DNA from: an uncultured Thermoplasmata archaeon
Lineage (GTDB): Archaea > Thermoplasmatota > Thermoplasmata > RBG-16-68-12
Direction: 5' to 3'
DNA: 64,000 bases
Assembly (NCBI GenBank): GCA_963768855.1
Contig: CAVYJM010000006.1
Location: 608,001 to 672,000 of the forward strand
Under the pieces are notes generated by a model, which saw only the letters and a program-made list of their open reading frames with translations, did not search any database and was not told where the DNA came from. Below are positions 28,747 to 38,972 of the stretch, piece after piece. The first letter of the stretch is position 1. Each line of letters opens with the position of its first letter. The position numbers were made by a program, and so were the translations under genes.

Positions 28747-30249
28747 GTGTTTCGGGCCCGGACCGCGCAGAACGTCGCAATTAACGTCGCCCTGCAATGG
28801 CTGAACCGCCTCCTCGGGATCGTCACGAAGATCGTGCTGGTCCGGCTTCTCTTCCCTGACGATTTCGGAGTCTTCGCCCTCGCTAGCGGGCTCATCGGGT
28901 TCGTCGGCACGTTCGGCAACTTCGGCTTGGACTATGCGATCATCCAGAAGAACGACACGGCGACTAAAGAAGACTACGACGTCGGCATGAGCCTCCGGAT
29001 CATCATCGCGGTGGGCCTATTCGTCATATCGTTAGTCGTCGCAGGACCGTGGGCGTCGCTCTTTGGAAGTCCCGTCGTCGGGCCGACGACGCAAGTCCTC
29101 GCCCTCATGTATATCTTCGGCATTTGGTCCTTTGTACCGGGTACTCGCCTCGTCACAGAACTGCGCTACCGCGCAATTGCGATCCCAAGCCTCGCCGCAC
29201 AGGTCGCCAACACCGTCGTATCTATCCTGCTTGCCTTTGCCGGGTACGGCGTGTGGGCGCTTGTGTGGGGCTCGGTGGTGTCGGTTGCCATATCGACCGG
29301 GACGTACTGGGTCCTTCATCCTTGGCGGTTCCGTTTCTCGCTGAAGCGGAGCGTAGCGACGCCGCTCCTGAAGTATGCGCAACACCTGACCAGCGCCGCG
29401 GTGCTCGCGTTCCTCATTACGAACATCGACAACTTCGCCGTCGGGAAGTTACTGGGTACCTATCAGCTCGGGTTCTACGCCGTTGCCTACGGGTACGGCT
29501 ATCTTCCGGTGTCGATGTTCTCCGGTCCCGCGGGCCAAGCTTTCTTCCCATCCCTGACGAAGATCCAAGGGGAGCTCGCCTCTCTGAAGCGAGGATACCT
29601 CGAAGGATTCGGATACGCTATGGCGATTATCGCCCCCGCAGCGATTGGGATGGCCGTGCTGTCGCCGGAGATTGTGAATATACTTTTCGGTCCTCTCTGG
29701 GCGCCGGCGACGCTCCCGCTCCTCGTGCTCTCGTTCTACGGATTGTTTCGGGCGATCATCGACTTCGGCTCTCCGCTGTTCGGGGCGATAGGGAAACCGA
29801 GGATCATCGCGGAGCTCAATCTTTACATCCTCATCCTGTCCCTCATACCCCTGGTTCCTCTCACCCTGTACGCGGGAATCGTCGGAACCTCGTTAGCCAT
29901 GACGATACCCGTGGTAATCGTAGCGGTGCTCTCTATCTGGAAGTCCGCCAAGGTGGTTGGTGGGAAGATGAGCGAGTTCTACGCGCGCCTGCGAGGTCCG
30001 ATAATGGCAACGGAGGCAATGGGTGTGGGGGTCTTTGCTCTCCGGTTTGCGCTTCTAGAGATTCTCCCGTCACGTGTACCCTTCCCACTCTCTCCCCACG
30101 GAGTCAGCGAGGTGACTATTGTGCTAGCCGTAGGTGTTTCTGCGGGGATGTTGCTATACTTCGGAGTCCTTCGGCTCGTTGACCGCGAAACATACGATGG
30201 GTTTACGCGAACCATTGCGATGGTGGTCCGCCGAGGCGCTCGCCGATAG
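28747..30249 (+). CDS. Wzx-type polysaccharide flippase (PST family)
   Basis: VLVRLLFPDDFGVFALA..FGNFGLDYAIIQK, NIDNFAVGKLLG..LGFYAVAY; about 14 TM. Confidence 0.9.
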   Translation: MFRARTAQNVAINVALQWLNRLLGIVTKIVLVRLLFPDDFGVFALASGLIGFVGTFGNFGLDYAIIQKNDTATKEDYDVGMSLRIIIAVGLFVISLVVAGPWASLFGSPVVGPTTQVLALMYIFGIWSFVPGTRLVTELRYRAIAIPSLAAQVANTVVSILLAFAGYGVWALVWGSVVSVAISTGTYWVLHPWRFRFSLKRSVATPLLKYAQHLTSAAVLAFLITNIDNFAVGKLLGTYQLGFYAVAYGYGYLPVSMFSGPAGQAFFPSLTKIQGELASLKRGYLEGFGYAMAIIAPAAIGMAVLSPEIVNILFGPLWAPATLPLLVLSFYGLFRAIIDFGSPLFGAIGKPRIIAELNLYILILSLIPLVPLTLYAGIVGTSLAMTIPVVIVAVLSIWKSAKVVGGKMSEFYARLRGPIMATEAMGVGVFALRFALLEILPSRVPFPLSPHGVSEVTIVLAVGVSAGMLLYFGVLRLVDRETYDGFTRTIAMVVRRGARR

Positions 30250-30427
30250 GGCTGCCGGGCAGCTCACTGGCATTTCGGGTGCCGATTCTACGCGATACCA
30301 TCCTCGTGGCGAGGTCCTACGTGTGTGTTGCTGGGAGAGTCGCGAGATTGGCTGCCTTCCGCGCCACTATCACAAACCCGGCAGGAATTTCTGTCCCAAC
30401 CTATACGTCTTCGACCTTCTTAGTTGA

Positions 30428-31160
30428 TCAGGAGCCGTAAGCAGGAGGATTGCAGACAGAAGGGAGAGTCTCAGAGGCGGTTGTGCCGTCCCCGTCCTGG
30501 GGAGGCCGCGGTACCAGAGGCTGTACAAGACGGCACTCAACCCTCCTCGTGTGGTAGAACGAGTCTTCGACTACCATCCCTTGCTCCTCCAATCTGCGCT
30601 CGAGGTCTTCGGGTCGGTAGTGCCTCAGGTGACCCACTGCTTGGTCGAATGATTCCCCGAAGAACTTGGGACACCTTCCCCGTGGGCACGGAAATCACAA
30701 GACGGCCACCCGCACGAAGTGCTCGTGAAACTGCTTCGAGTGCACGTCCCTCATCATGGATGTGTTCCAAGACATCGATCGCGAGGACTTGGTCTACAGA
30801 CTGTCACTGAAGGAACCATGTCGAGGCGTCTGCAGCCGGGATTTCGAATCTGCTCTCATGCGGTATGCCTCTCAGTCGCCACCTCGGGTAGAAGGCCTCA
30901 TCAACCGTGTAGATGGCCGCGACGCAAGACGAGCCGGTGTCCCCGACAAAGGCGATCATCATGTTGCCGTCTCGTGCGCCAATTTCGACAGTATACCCGC
31001 CGGGAGTGGATAGCCGCCTCACCGCTTGGAGTCGAAGGTGGGAGTGCAAGTCCTGCAACCCAAAGAGGTGGACTAAAGTACACGCCAGCGAGACCTTCCC
31101 GTGAAGTTGGGCTTTGAGGACATCCGCCATCCATGATCCATAGGCACTCGGCACTACCAC
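30428..31160 (-). pseudogene. fragmented class I SAM-dependent methyltransferase
   Basis: Pieces in three frames: VEIGARDG (motif I-like), EHIHDEGRALEAVSRALRAGGRLVISVP, GHLRHYRPEDLERRLEEQGMVV. Confidence 0.65.
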
Positions 31161-31172
31161 ACTCCGCTGAAC

Positions 31173-32150
31173 TCAATTGGAGACGGGCTCAATCAGGTCG
31201 GCTCTCGGGGGCCTTTTGTGGAGCGGGTAAGTGAGGCCGTCAAATTGACCTTTCAGTGTTGACCAAAGCACTCTTCGATTCTTCCTGGCCGCAAACGCTA
31301 GGAGAGTCCTTAGCTGGGTGCTCCCGAAGTCATACGTATACCACGCGAGAAAATGAGGAGGACTGAGATGCTTGCGGGCTAACAGAATCCTACTGCGGGC
31401 TGAGTGATAGGCTCTAAACGGGGTTTGGATGGCTCGGTTGTCCGAGACTTTGTGATCGGCAACGGCGCTCGGAACGTACACTGACCCGATGCCTCGCTCC
31501 TTTCCCCGAAGACACCAGTCAATGTCGTCTTGATACATGAAGAATGACTCGTCGAGACCGCCGATCTGATCAATCACCTCACGTCGGACCAACATAGCTG
31601 CACCGTTCGGAGCCCCAATCCTCAGCTCTTGGTTGAACTGACCAAGATCCTTGACTTCGTATCCAATATAAAAACGATCGAGAAAGAAGCCGAAGTCATT
31701 CCCGATTGTCTGGATGATTTGGTCTTCGCGGTTGTCCGCTATGTAGACTTTGCCTCCAAAGAAGCCCGCCTCGGGGTGCGAGCGTGCGGCAGCCGTTAAC
31801 TGCAGCAGGAAGTCCGGTCGGAGGCAGGCGTCAGCGTCGAGTTTGAGCACGAAGTCGAACCTCCTCTTGGCCTCCTCTAAACCCCTGTTGAAAGCCGCCG
31901 GAAACCCTTGGTCGGTTGTGAGCTCAACGAGATTTGTCGGCACTGAGTTCCGTCGATATTCCGCGATTACGGCTCGAGCACGCTCTCGACACTCCGGAGT
32001 GGAGGCCGCATCCACCACGACAATCTCCACTCCTTGCGTGTAGCCGAGCTGAGACAAGACGGATTGGAGGGCAGTTGACAAGTCTGAAGACTGGTTCTTG
32101 TGCACGATGATGCAGAGTACTGCGGCCTTCGTAGCTTCCGCCTCGGCCAC
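31173..32150 (-). CDS. GT2 family glycosyltransferase
   Basis: IVVVDAAS, GFPAAFNRG, VLKLDADA, GAAMLVRREV..IGGLDESFFMYQDDIDWC. Confidence 0.92.
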   Translation of the reverse strand: MAEAEATKAAVLCIIVHKNQSSDLSTALQSVLSQLGYTQGVEIVVVDAASTPECRERARAVIAEYRRNSVPTNLVELTTDQGFPAAFNRGLEEAKRRFDFVLKLDADACLRPDFLLQLTAAARSHPEAGFFGGKVYIADNREDQIIQTIGNDFGFFLDRFYIGYEVKDLGQFNQELRIGAPNGAAMLVRREVIDQIGGLDESFFMYQDDIDWCLRGKERGIGSVYVPSAVADHKVSDNRAIQTPFRAYHSARSRILLARKHLSPPHFLAWYTYDFGSTQLRTLLAFAARKNRRVLWSTLKGQFDGLTYPLHKRPPRADLIEPVSN

Positions 32151-33443
32151 TTAACTCCCCCCGGTCCGAGAATCGGTTCGGGGATTACGGTGACTCGCAA
32201 GCCACTCGACTATGGGTGGAAATACCGCTGCCGGAAGGTTCGCAGTCGCCAGATCGGGGTTCTCCCTTAGGGCTGCGACGAATTGTCCCAGGCTCTCTTG
32301 GTCGAAGGCTAGGAAGGCGTTGGCGTAGCTTCTTCTCTCGTGCTTCGCCTGGATGCCAATTTGCGTTTCACTGACGATACTTGTTGCAGGTAGCTCCGAG
32401 GCTAGAATCGGTCGCCCCAAGGCAAGTGCCTCCACCAGTTTGAGTGGGGAACTCGCAACGTACTGCTCGATATCGGCAGGAATTGCCACGACTGCAACTG
32501 TTGCCATGCTGAGGATTCTTTGGAGTGCTTCCTGCGTCTGCCACGGGTAGAATAGAACTCGAACTCGTCCTTCACGTCGGACTAGTGCTTCCAGCGGTGC
32601 CTTGTCGTCTCCTTCTCCAACAAGAACTAGCTCTCGCGGGGTGTTTGGATCCTGGTGGCAAGCGTCAATGAAACCCGACACCAGCTCCTCCAGTCTTCGA
32701 GCCTTGCTGATTGAACCCCAGTAGACAAACCGAATCAGCCCTCTCGGTCCAAGCGCCACAGCCGGCGGTCGCTGGAACGTTGGAGACACTGTGCTCTGCA
32801 CCACCCATGGAGCGCCTCCGTAGCTTTCCGAGAGTATTCGCGAGCAACTGGGCGAAAGTGCAATGACCAGGGAGGACAGCTTGTAGGCGAACCTCTCGGC
32901 GCGCAGCAAGAGCCACTGTCTCAAGTTGTGCACGTCGGCAGCGCGATGAAAGACTGGAGGATTTCGGTAATCTAGGACAACGGGAAAGCCGCGAATGCGC
33001 GACAACAGCAGGGGGAGCACAAACGGGATAGCCTTCCCGTCGTCGAAGAAGTACGAGATGTGCCACTCGGACCCTAGGACGTGCCATGCTGCACGCAGGT
33101 TGAACCATAGCACTGCAGAGCTCACGTCGCTCAATGGCACGATAACTCGCAATATCCGCGGGTCATCATGCCTAGGGTTCGGCTCTCTCTCCCCCGAGAT
33201 GCCGGGACATACAATCGTTACACTTTCGATTTCCTTCGAGGTCGCGAGGAACTTGCAGAACTGGTATTTGTGTGGATCATTGAAGGCAATTGGTCTGTAG
33301 AATCCGGATGGGTCTGAGGGCAGCACGTTCGCCGACCACACGTAGACCTCCACGTCCACGCTCGTCTCGGGCCTCATTGATGGCGGAATCGTGGCATTCG
33401 CGCCTTTACGCGGCTCGTCTGGAGAGCTAGGCGTGGCTTCCAT
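32151..33443 (-). CDS. GT4 family glycosyltransferase
   Basis: YWGSISKARRLEEL, LVLVGEGDD, SPLKLVEALALGRPILAS. Confidence 0.85.
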   Translation of the reverse strand: MEATPSSPDEPRKGANATIPPSMRPETSVDVEVYVWSANVLPSDPSGFYRPIAFNDPHKYQFCKFLATSKEIESVTIVCPGISGEREPNPRHDDPRILRVIVPLSDVSSAVLWFNLRAAWHVLGSEWHISYFFDDGKAIPFVLPLLLSRIRGFPVVLDYRNPPVFHRAADVHNLRQWLLLRAERFAYKLSSLVIALSPSCSRILSESYGGAPWVVQSTVSPTFQRPPAVALGPRGLIRFVYWGSISKARRLEELVSGFIDACHQDPNTPRELVLVGEGDDKAPLEALVRREGRVRVLFYPWQTQEALQRILSMATVAVVAIPADIEQYVASSPLKLVEALALGRPILASELPATSIVSETQIGIQAKHERRSYANAFLAFDQESLGQFVAALRENPDLATANLPAAVFPPIVEWLASHRNPRTDSRTGGS

Positions 33444-33581
33444 TCAATACCCGCTCCGGCCGAGTGAAGGGATGGTTACTGAGCAAGCGACGAAGTCGGG
33501 AGGCGCTGCGTCAGGTCCTGCGCACTGCTGACGTCGCCTACAATGCTGTTCCCGACAACATTCCCGCTGCATCGTTGGCTC

Positions 33582-35255
33582 CTACAACGAGAAGGTACGC
33601 TGCAATTCGTCCGCATAGATGACGTAGTTGGTTGAGTTGAGGCTCGAGAAGAAAGGAGTCTGCGCTCCCGGGCAGCGCTCGATTGCGTACCGGGACTGAT
33701 AGTACTGCATGATTTGGGCCGCGACCGGGGAATCCGGCGAATTCTGCAGGAGCACGAACGTGTGCTTGCTCCAGTAGTAGTCCGAGTACCCTCCGATTGC
33801 AGGAAGCCATTCTCGGGCGGCGATGAGTCGCTGGTCATTCACGAGAGATTCAATGGGATTGGGGTCCGCGGTGAGCTGCACATTGGTCTTATGCCTCAAC
33901 CACGGGTATTCGAGGGTCCCAATTGACTCGAGGGGCTCAACGCTCGGAACACCTGATATCGCCTCAATTCTGCTTGCCTCGATTCCGTTGTCCCAGACGA
34001 ACGTGAAGTTGCCCTCCCCGACGTACTTGATATACATGCCCGCATTGTAGGTCTGGTCGTCGAGTGCGTACGATTGATGGCAAGTGAGTGTCGCCGATCG
34101 TGGGATAGTGACCATCGCCGGTATCGCAATGGTTAGGATCGCAACTGTCAAACCGATACCCACGATAACGGCAGGAGGACGGCTCGTTCTCTCTTGCTTC
34201 CGAGTCTTACTGAGAGTCAAAGAAAATGTCGAGACGAGCAGTAGTAACGGCAACGCGAGGGCAATGCCGTATATGGGGTCCAGAGAAACCGGGAGGAACA
34301 CGACAGATAGGCCCACGAGGGCGTACCTTTGACGGCTCTCAGGTCTCTTCAACACCCCGTAGAGCCCTAACGGGAGCAGCGCGACGCCCAGTCCGACGAC
34401 CGTGGCGTACTGGAGACCGAGGTTGGTGACTACGTTACTGGGAATGCCACCGCCAAGGATCTGCGGGAGTCCGCTTGCTGTCCTTAGCTGCCCTGGGCCG
34501 AATTCCATGAAGGCGGACAGGACGATGCACACGACGGCAGCGGAGACGAGTACCGCCCTTGAGCTCGAGGAGAAACCATACCGGCGTCTGAGAAGTGAAT
34601 CCTCGGCGCGCGCAAGTCTGAAAATGAGCCACGCAGCGGTGAGCGAGGGCACCAGAAGCATCCACAGTGCATGGATGAATGTCATCACACCGAGGACCAG
34701 CCCGAGTGCTAGCCAGATCGGCCTAGGTCGGCCACTTGCCATAGTCGCTTTGATGAACAGCGCTATGGCCAGAGGGGTAAACACGTAGAATGTTCCCCTT
34801 GTCGACAAAGTCCAGTCCGTGAAACCGACCATGCCTTGAGCAGACGTAATCAAGAAGGCAAAGAAGATTGAGAGTTCCTCTCGTCGGCAAGCCGCCTTGC
34901 CCAGCAGGAACGAGACCCATGGCGTGAGTATCGCCAGGAATGAGGAGTAAAACAAGACCGCAGGCTCCATGTCAAGACCGCCCAGCTGAGCAAAAGAGGC
35001 CATTGAAACCGGGACAGCTGGTGAATATGAGAATGGTGCGAGTCCAATGTAGGAGGGCGGGGAAATCAGCCAGTTCATGGAACCCGTGCTGGAAATGGCT
35101 GCTGCCAAACCGTGCACGAAGTAGGAATCGACGCCGATTTCATGTCCCTCTGGGTATCTCAGCAGAACAGCGAGCATCGAGAGCGCGGCTAGCAGAGTAA
35201 GGGTTGACTTCCTGCCTTTGTTTCGCATGCTTCGAACCCGAGGGGAATCGTTCAA
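33582..35255 (-). CDS. polytopic membrane protein, GT-C/glycan polymerase-like
   Basis: HEIGVDSYFVH in the first external loop, many TM helices, soluble C-terminal domain; embedded among GT genes. Confidence 0.6.
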   Translation of the reverse strand: MNDSPRVRSMRNKGRKSTLTLLAALSMLAVLLRYPEGHEIGVDSYFVHGLAAAISSTGSMNWLISPPSYIGLAPFSYSPAVPVSMASFAQLGGLDMEPAVLFYSSFLAILTPWVSFLLGKAACRREELSIFFAFLITSAQGMVGFTDWTLSTRGTFYVFTPLAIALFIKATMASGRPRPIWLALGLVLGVMTFIHALWMLLVPSLTAAWLIFRLARAEDSLLRRRYGFSSSSRAVLVSAAVVCIVLSAFMEFGPGQLRTASGLPQILGGGIPSNVVTNLGLQYATVVGLGVALLPLGLYGVLKRPESRQRYALVGLSVVFLPVSLDPIYGIALALPLLLLVSTFSLTLSKTRKQERTSRPPAVIVGIGLTVAILTIAIPAMVTIPRSATLTCHQSYALDDQTYNAGMYIKYVGEGNFTFVWDNGIEASRIEAISGVPSVEPLESIGTLEYPWLRHKTNVQLTADPNPIESLVNDQRLIAAREWLPAIGGYSDYYWSKHTFVLLQNSPDSPVAAQIMQYYQSRYAIERCPGAQTPFFSSLNSTNYVIYADELQRTFSL

Positions 35256-36352
35256 GGTCGCTTTAGCTCCTGCTCTGCAGCTGTGTAGATATCGAGGACC
35301 CGTTCTGCAATCGGCCCCCAGCCATATCCTTGTGACGACCGCCTGCAGTCAAGTCGAAGGGCCGAGAGGGAGCTCATTCGTTTAATGAGAACTCGATTGA
35401 GGTCAGCCGGTGTTCCATCAAAGAAGAACCCGGTGCGGCCCTCGCTGATGACAGACTCAAGGTCACCGACGCGCGTGGAAATGATTGGCGTTCCGCATGC
35501 AAGCGCCTCCAGAACAACCGTGGGCATGCCCTCGTATGCTGAAGGGAGGACGAGTGCATCTGCCGCCGAATAGAGTTTCGGCATTTCCAAATGGTCGCGG
35601 GTTCCAAGGAACCGTACAGGTAGCCCGAGCGCTCGCTTTCGCAGCTCGTTACCTAGGCGGCCATCCCCTGCAACCAAGAGTAATGGGGGGTTTGGAATAT
35701 CGCGCATCGCCTCGAGGATTACTTGCACCCTCTTCTCCGTTTCAAGGCGGCCAACGAAGAGAATCATCGGACCCGGCGGGAGGTCGAGAGAGCTCCTGGC
35801 GCTCTCGCGGTCGATAGGGAGAAATGCTGTCAAGTCTATGCCGATTGGTATGACACATGACTTGGACCGTAGCCACGGAAACCGCTTGAGGTAGGCATCC
35901 AGCCCGGTCGTACTCACTGAGATGATGCGTGTCGCACCCTTCAGGGCCAGTTTCTCTGCATGGTGGTAAAGCAGTCTTCCTACTCTGCGCCGCTGCGCGA
36001 CGCCTCTTGCGGGGTCTCCATGAAGGGTGCAGACGAAGCTGGTCCGAGACGACTTCCGAACAAAGGGCCACAGTTCATCCGGTCGTTGACAGTGGACAAT
36101 TGAGTCTGGGACTAGCGGGCGCTTGCGGAGCCATGTCCAAAGGGCATGAATATAGCTGTACTCAGACAAGGGGAACTTCCGTGCGACACTTATGAACTCA
36201 CAGAAGTCAATCTGCGCTTCTGGCCCAGCCCCGACCAAGTAGACCTGATGGCCTCTTCGGGTCAGATTCTTTGCGAGCCCGAGCGTGTAGGATCTCGCAC
36301 CTCCCGCGGTGGTGATGGTTGGGTGGATTCCCGAGACCAGGTAGATTCTCAT
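35252..36352 (-). CDS. GT4 family glycosyltransferase
   Basis: ILFVGRLETEKRV, LYSAADALVLPSAYEGMPTVVLEALACGTPIISTRVG. Confidence 0.93.
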   Translation of the reverse strand: MRIYLVSGIHPTITTAGGARSYTLGLAKNLTRRGHQVYLVGAGPEAQIDFCEFISVARKFPLSEYSYIHALWTWLRKRPLVPDSIVHCQRPDELWPFVRKSSRTSFVCTLHGDPARGVAQRRRVGRLLYHHAEKLALKGATRIISVSTTGLDAYLKRFPWLRSKSCVIPIGIDLTAFLPIDRESARSSLDLPPGPMILFVGRLETEKRVQVILEAMRDIPNPPLLLVAGDGRLGNELRKRALGLPVRFLGTRDHLEMPKLYSAADALVLPSAYEGMPTVVLEALACGTPIISTRVGDLESVISEGRTGFFFDGTPADLNRVLIKRMSSLSALRLDCRRSSQGYGWGPIAERVLDIYTAAEQELKRP

Positions 36353-36499
36353 GTCAACGTCCCCTCTCTGTGTCTGATGGGCCATTCGACGCCGACGCAG
36401 GGAAACACAGATTGCGATTCGAGCGTCCCTGGATTTTGTGTGCGATTATGATTCGCGTTTTGTCGCACCCCATCGTCAAGGTCCTTCGGATCACTGTCT

Positions 36500-37681
36500 T
36501 CACGGTCTCCGCTCGTTAGGAAGCGCGTACGCACTGGCCAGGCGTTCAACCATTACATTCCAGTCGCATGCCGCAAGGATGCCCGCGGCTCGCTGCGTCA
36601 AATCATGCTTCAGCATCGTGTCCTCGAGGATTCTCGTCAATTGCCTCGCGAGATCGTCAGGATCCGCCGGACGATAGTACAGCGCGGCATCTCCGAAAAT
36701 CCGACGAACCGCTTGGAGGTTTGCGATAACCAACGGCTTCCCTGCCGCAACATACTCCAGCGCTTTGGTCGGCATGGAAAGCTCCGTCAACGGGTTGCTT
36801 TGGTACGTGATGGCCCCCAGCTCGCTGAGGGAGATGTACGAGAATGCCTCATCATGAGGGACTTGACCTCCCACGAAGCTGTCTGCGAGTCCCTCGTGCA
36901 GGGCGAGTTCTCGAATTCGGTCTCTATATCGCTGGTCCCCATGCCCTATGATCACCAGCTTCAGCCGGTTGGAAGATTTCAATCGAGCCACTGCACGCAC
37001 TAAGGTTTCCAAGTCTCGTTCGGGGTTTACACCTCCGACATAGACGATTGCTCTCGCATCGGAAAGACCGAGACTCTGACGGCGTGCATGTAAGTCGGTC
37101 ACGACGAGGGACCCAGGAGGCGGCGAATTCATCACCGTACTGACCTTGCCTTCTGCGAGACCGCGCCGGGTGATGCGCTCGCGCAGCGTTTCGTTTACGA
37201 CGAGAACATGGTCGGCAAACAGGCAGCAGGTCAGCTCAGCGGCCTGGACGATTCGGACACTCCAAGCTGTCATGAGCAGGTGGAATCGGGCAGCAAACAG
37301 TTCTGGCATTGCTTCGTGCATGTCCAGAACCACTCGGACCCCCATCGCTTTTTCAGGAATGGCACAGAAGACCTGGAAATCCGGCAGCGAGTGAACATGG
37401 ACAATATCAAGTCTGGTGCGGATGTGAAGTCTGAGTAGCATCGCCGAGGAGCCGAGCAGGAAGATCAGGTACTGGAACAGGTATCTGGCCCTTCCACCCC
37501 GCACGACGGGGAGTGGGAATCGGTGAACGTGCACGCCTGACACGTCTTCCTCGAGAGGTTGTTCTACGTCCCGCATGGCAATGACATGTAACTCGTGCCC
37601 CAGTCGAGCGAACGTTTCAGCGGCGCGGCGGGGACGTGGATTCTGAGGATAGTACTGATAGACGACATGGCAGATTCTCAT
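36500..37681 (-). CDS. GT4 family glycosyltransferase (WbuB-like)
   Basis: MRICHVV, DIVHVHSLPDF, VLDMHEAMPE, MPTKALEYVAAGKPLV. Confidence 0.9.
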   Translation of the reverse strand: MRICHVVYQYYPQNPRPRRAAETFARLGHELHVIAMRDVEQPLEEDVSGVHVHRFPLPVVRGGRARYLFQYLIFLLGSSAMLLRLHIRTRLDIVHVHSLPDFQVFCAIPEKAMGVRVVLDMHEAMPELFAARFHLLMTAWSVRIVQAAELTCCLFADHVLVVNETLRERITRRGLAEGKVSTVMNSPPPGSLVVTDLHARRQSLGLSDARAIVYVGGVNPERDLETLVRAVARLKSSNRLKLVIIGHGDQRYRDRIRELALHEGLADSFVGGQVPHDEAFSYISLSELGAITYQSNPLTELSMPTKALEYVAAGKPLVIANLQAVRRIFGDAALYYRPADPDDLARQLTRILEDTMLKHDLTQRAAGILAACDWNVMVERLASAYALPNERRP

Positions 37682-38598
37682 AAGCTCATCGCGACTCCCA
37701 CCACCACCGCGGCGCATATGAGTGCCTCGACACCCCACAGAATCTCGACGATCTGCCATTCTCTAAGTTTCCGCCCGCGCATGATCACATGAGTAAGGGA
37801 CTGAATCGGCCCTTCGTAGTGCAGGTATCCGTGGGGGTCGACTCCTCCGTAGTTCTCGGCCTGAAACCTTCCGCGGGCTTTCAAGAGGAATTCAGCAATC
37901 ATCGGAGCAAACAGAATCGCCGCGAGCGTCTTCATGGAGGGAGAGGACACGATAGCCGCTGCAGCCACTGTTGCCCCTGCGAAAAGTGTCATCGAGTCTC
38001 CAGGGAATACTCGAGCCGGGAAGCGGTTGTACCAAAGAAACGCCACGAGGCTCCCAAGGAGGGGAAAAAGAAGGAAGACCCCCTCGCTCGAGCCGATGAG
38101 GTATGCGAGTGTGATGAGCGTGGTGGTTATGATGATCATCAGGCCGCATCCCAGCCCATTCAGTCCTTCGAGCATGTTCGCCGCGTTGGCCGCACTAGTG
38201 ATGCCGAGGGCCACCACGACCACGACCAGTATACCGAGATTCAGCCCCAGCAGGAACGTGTCACCAGTCTGAAACAGGGCCGCGCCGAGGGGGAGGGCGA
38301 GGAAGAAAGGGAGCAGGGCTTTCGTCCTCTTCCGGAGCCCGAACATGTCATCGAGGAGACCCACGACGCCCGCCCCGAGCGATGCTAGCAAGGCAGCGTA
38401 GAAGTAAGGGCGCGCGGGGGCATCAACAGGGTCCGAGAACACCACGAGGAGTGTCACCCCGATGTAGAACCCCAGCATGACACCCAACCCTCCCATTTCA
38501 GGCACTAGGGGCTTGCCCAGCTTGTTGAGATCCTTTCCAACAGCCTTCGTCCCATGAAGGCTCTTAATCAGCCAGGGGAGGAAGATGTAAGTAGCCAC
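37678..38598 (-). CDS. polyprenyl/dolichyl-phosphate GlcNAc-1-P transferase (MraY/GPT/AglH family); true start probably slightly upstream
   Basis: VGKDLNK..VPEMGG, VGLLDD, ANAANMLEGLNGL, YNRFPARVFPGDS; the frame stays open upstream of the GTG (TLLRYLTASALVAF) but has no clean start. Confidence 0.88.
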   Translation of the reverse strand: MATYIFLPWLIKSLHGTKAVGKDLNKLGKPLVPEMGGLGVMLGFYIGVTLLVVFSDPVDAPARPYFYAALLASLGAGVVGLLDDMFGLRKRTKALLPFFLALPLGAALFQTGDTFLLGLNLGILVVVVVALGITSAANAANMLEGLNGLGCGLMIIITTTLITLAYLIGSSEGVFLLFPLLGSLVAFLWYNRFPARVFPGDSMTLFAGATVAAAAIVSSPSMKTLAAILFAPMIAEFLLKARGRFQAENYGGVDPHGYLHYEGPIQSLTHVIMRGRKLREWQIVEILWGVEALICAAVVVGVAMSL

Positions 38599-38787
38599 GA
38601 AGGCGACGAGCGCCGAGGCTGTGAGGTATCTCAGGAGCGTTGGAGCACCGTTGCATCGATGCTTCGGTGCCCCTATTTCTCCCTATAGCCGACATTCTAG
38701 CAACTGATAACGCTCATCAACTCGATGTATCATGCGCGATAGCGACTCGATAAGCTTCTTAAGCCTCATGGCGAACAACGAACATTG

Positions 38788-38919
38788 ATGCAAGCCGAGA
38801 AGATTCGAACCGCGTACATGCCCTCGTTTCGTCTCGAGCCCCGCGAGGTCATGATTTTGATGAGCTTCGTCGGCGTCGCCGCGTACCTTCTCGGTTTTAT
38901 CATCGGTATGCTGAACTGA
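38788..38919 (+). CDS. small single-TM protein (43 aa, absent from the ORF track)
   Basis: Hand translation MQAEKIRTAYMPSFRLEPREVMILMSFVGVAAYLLGFIIGMLN. Confidence 0.4.
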   Translation: MQAEKIRTAYMPSFRLEPREVMILMSFVGVAAYLLGFIIGMLN

Positions 38920-38972
38920 TCTTCTCTGTACTCGGAAAGTTACTTGTGCATCCAGCGCGCATCCCGAAGTTG

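Larger units (their letters stand above)
28747..38930. other. lower-GC surface-glycan biosynthesis island
   Basis: Visible rise in A/T-ending codons from the flippase to just before wbpD; contains GT2, three GT4, a GT-C-like protein, GPT and a broken methyltransferase; no integrase seen. Confidence 0.7.
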
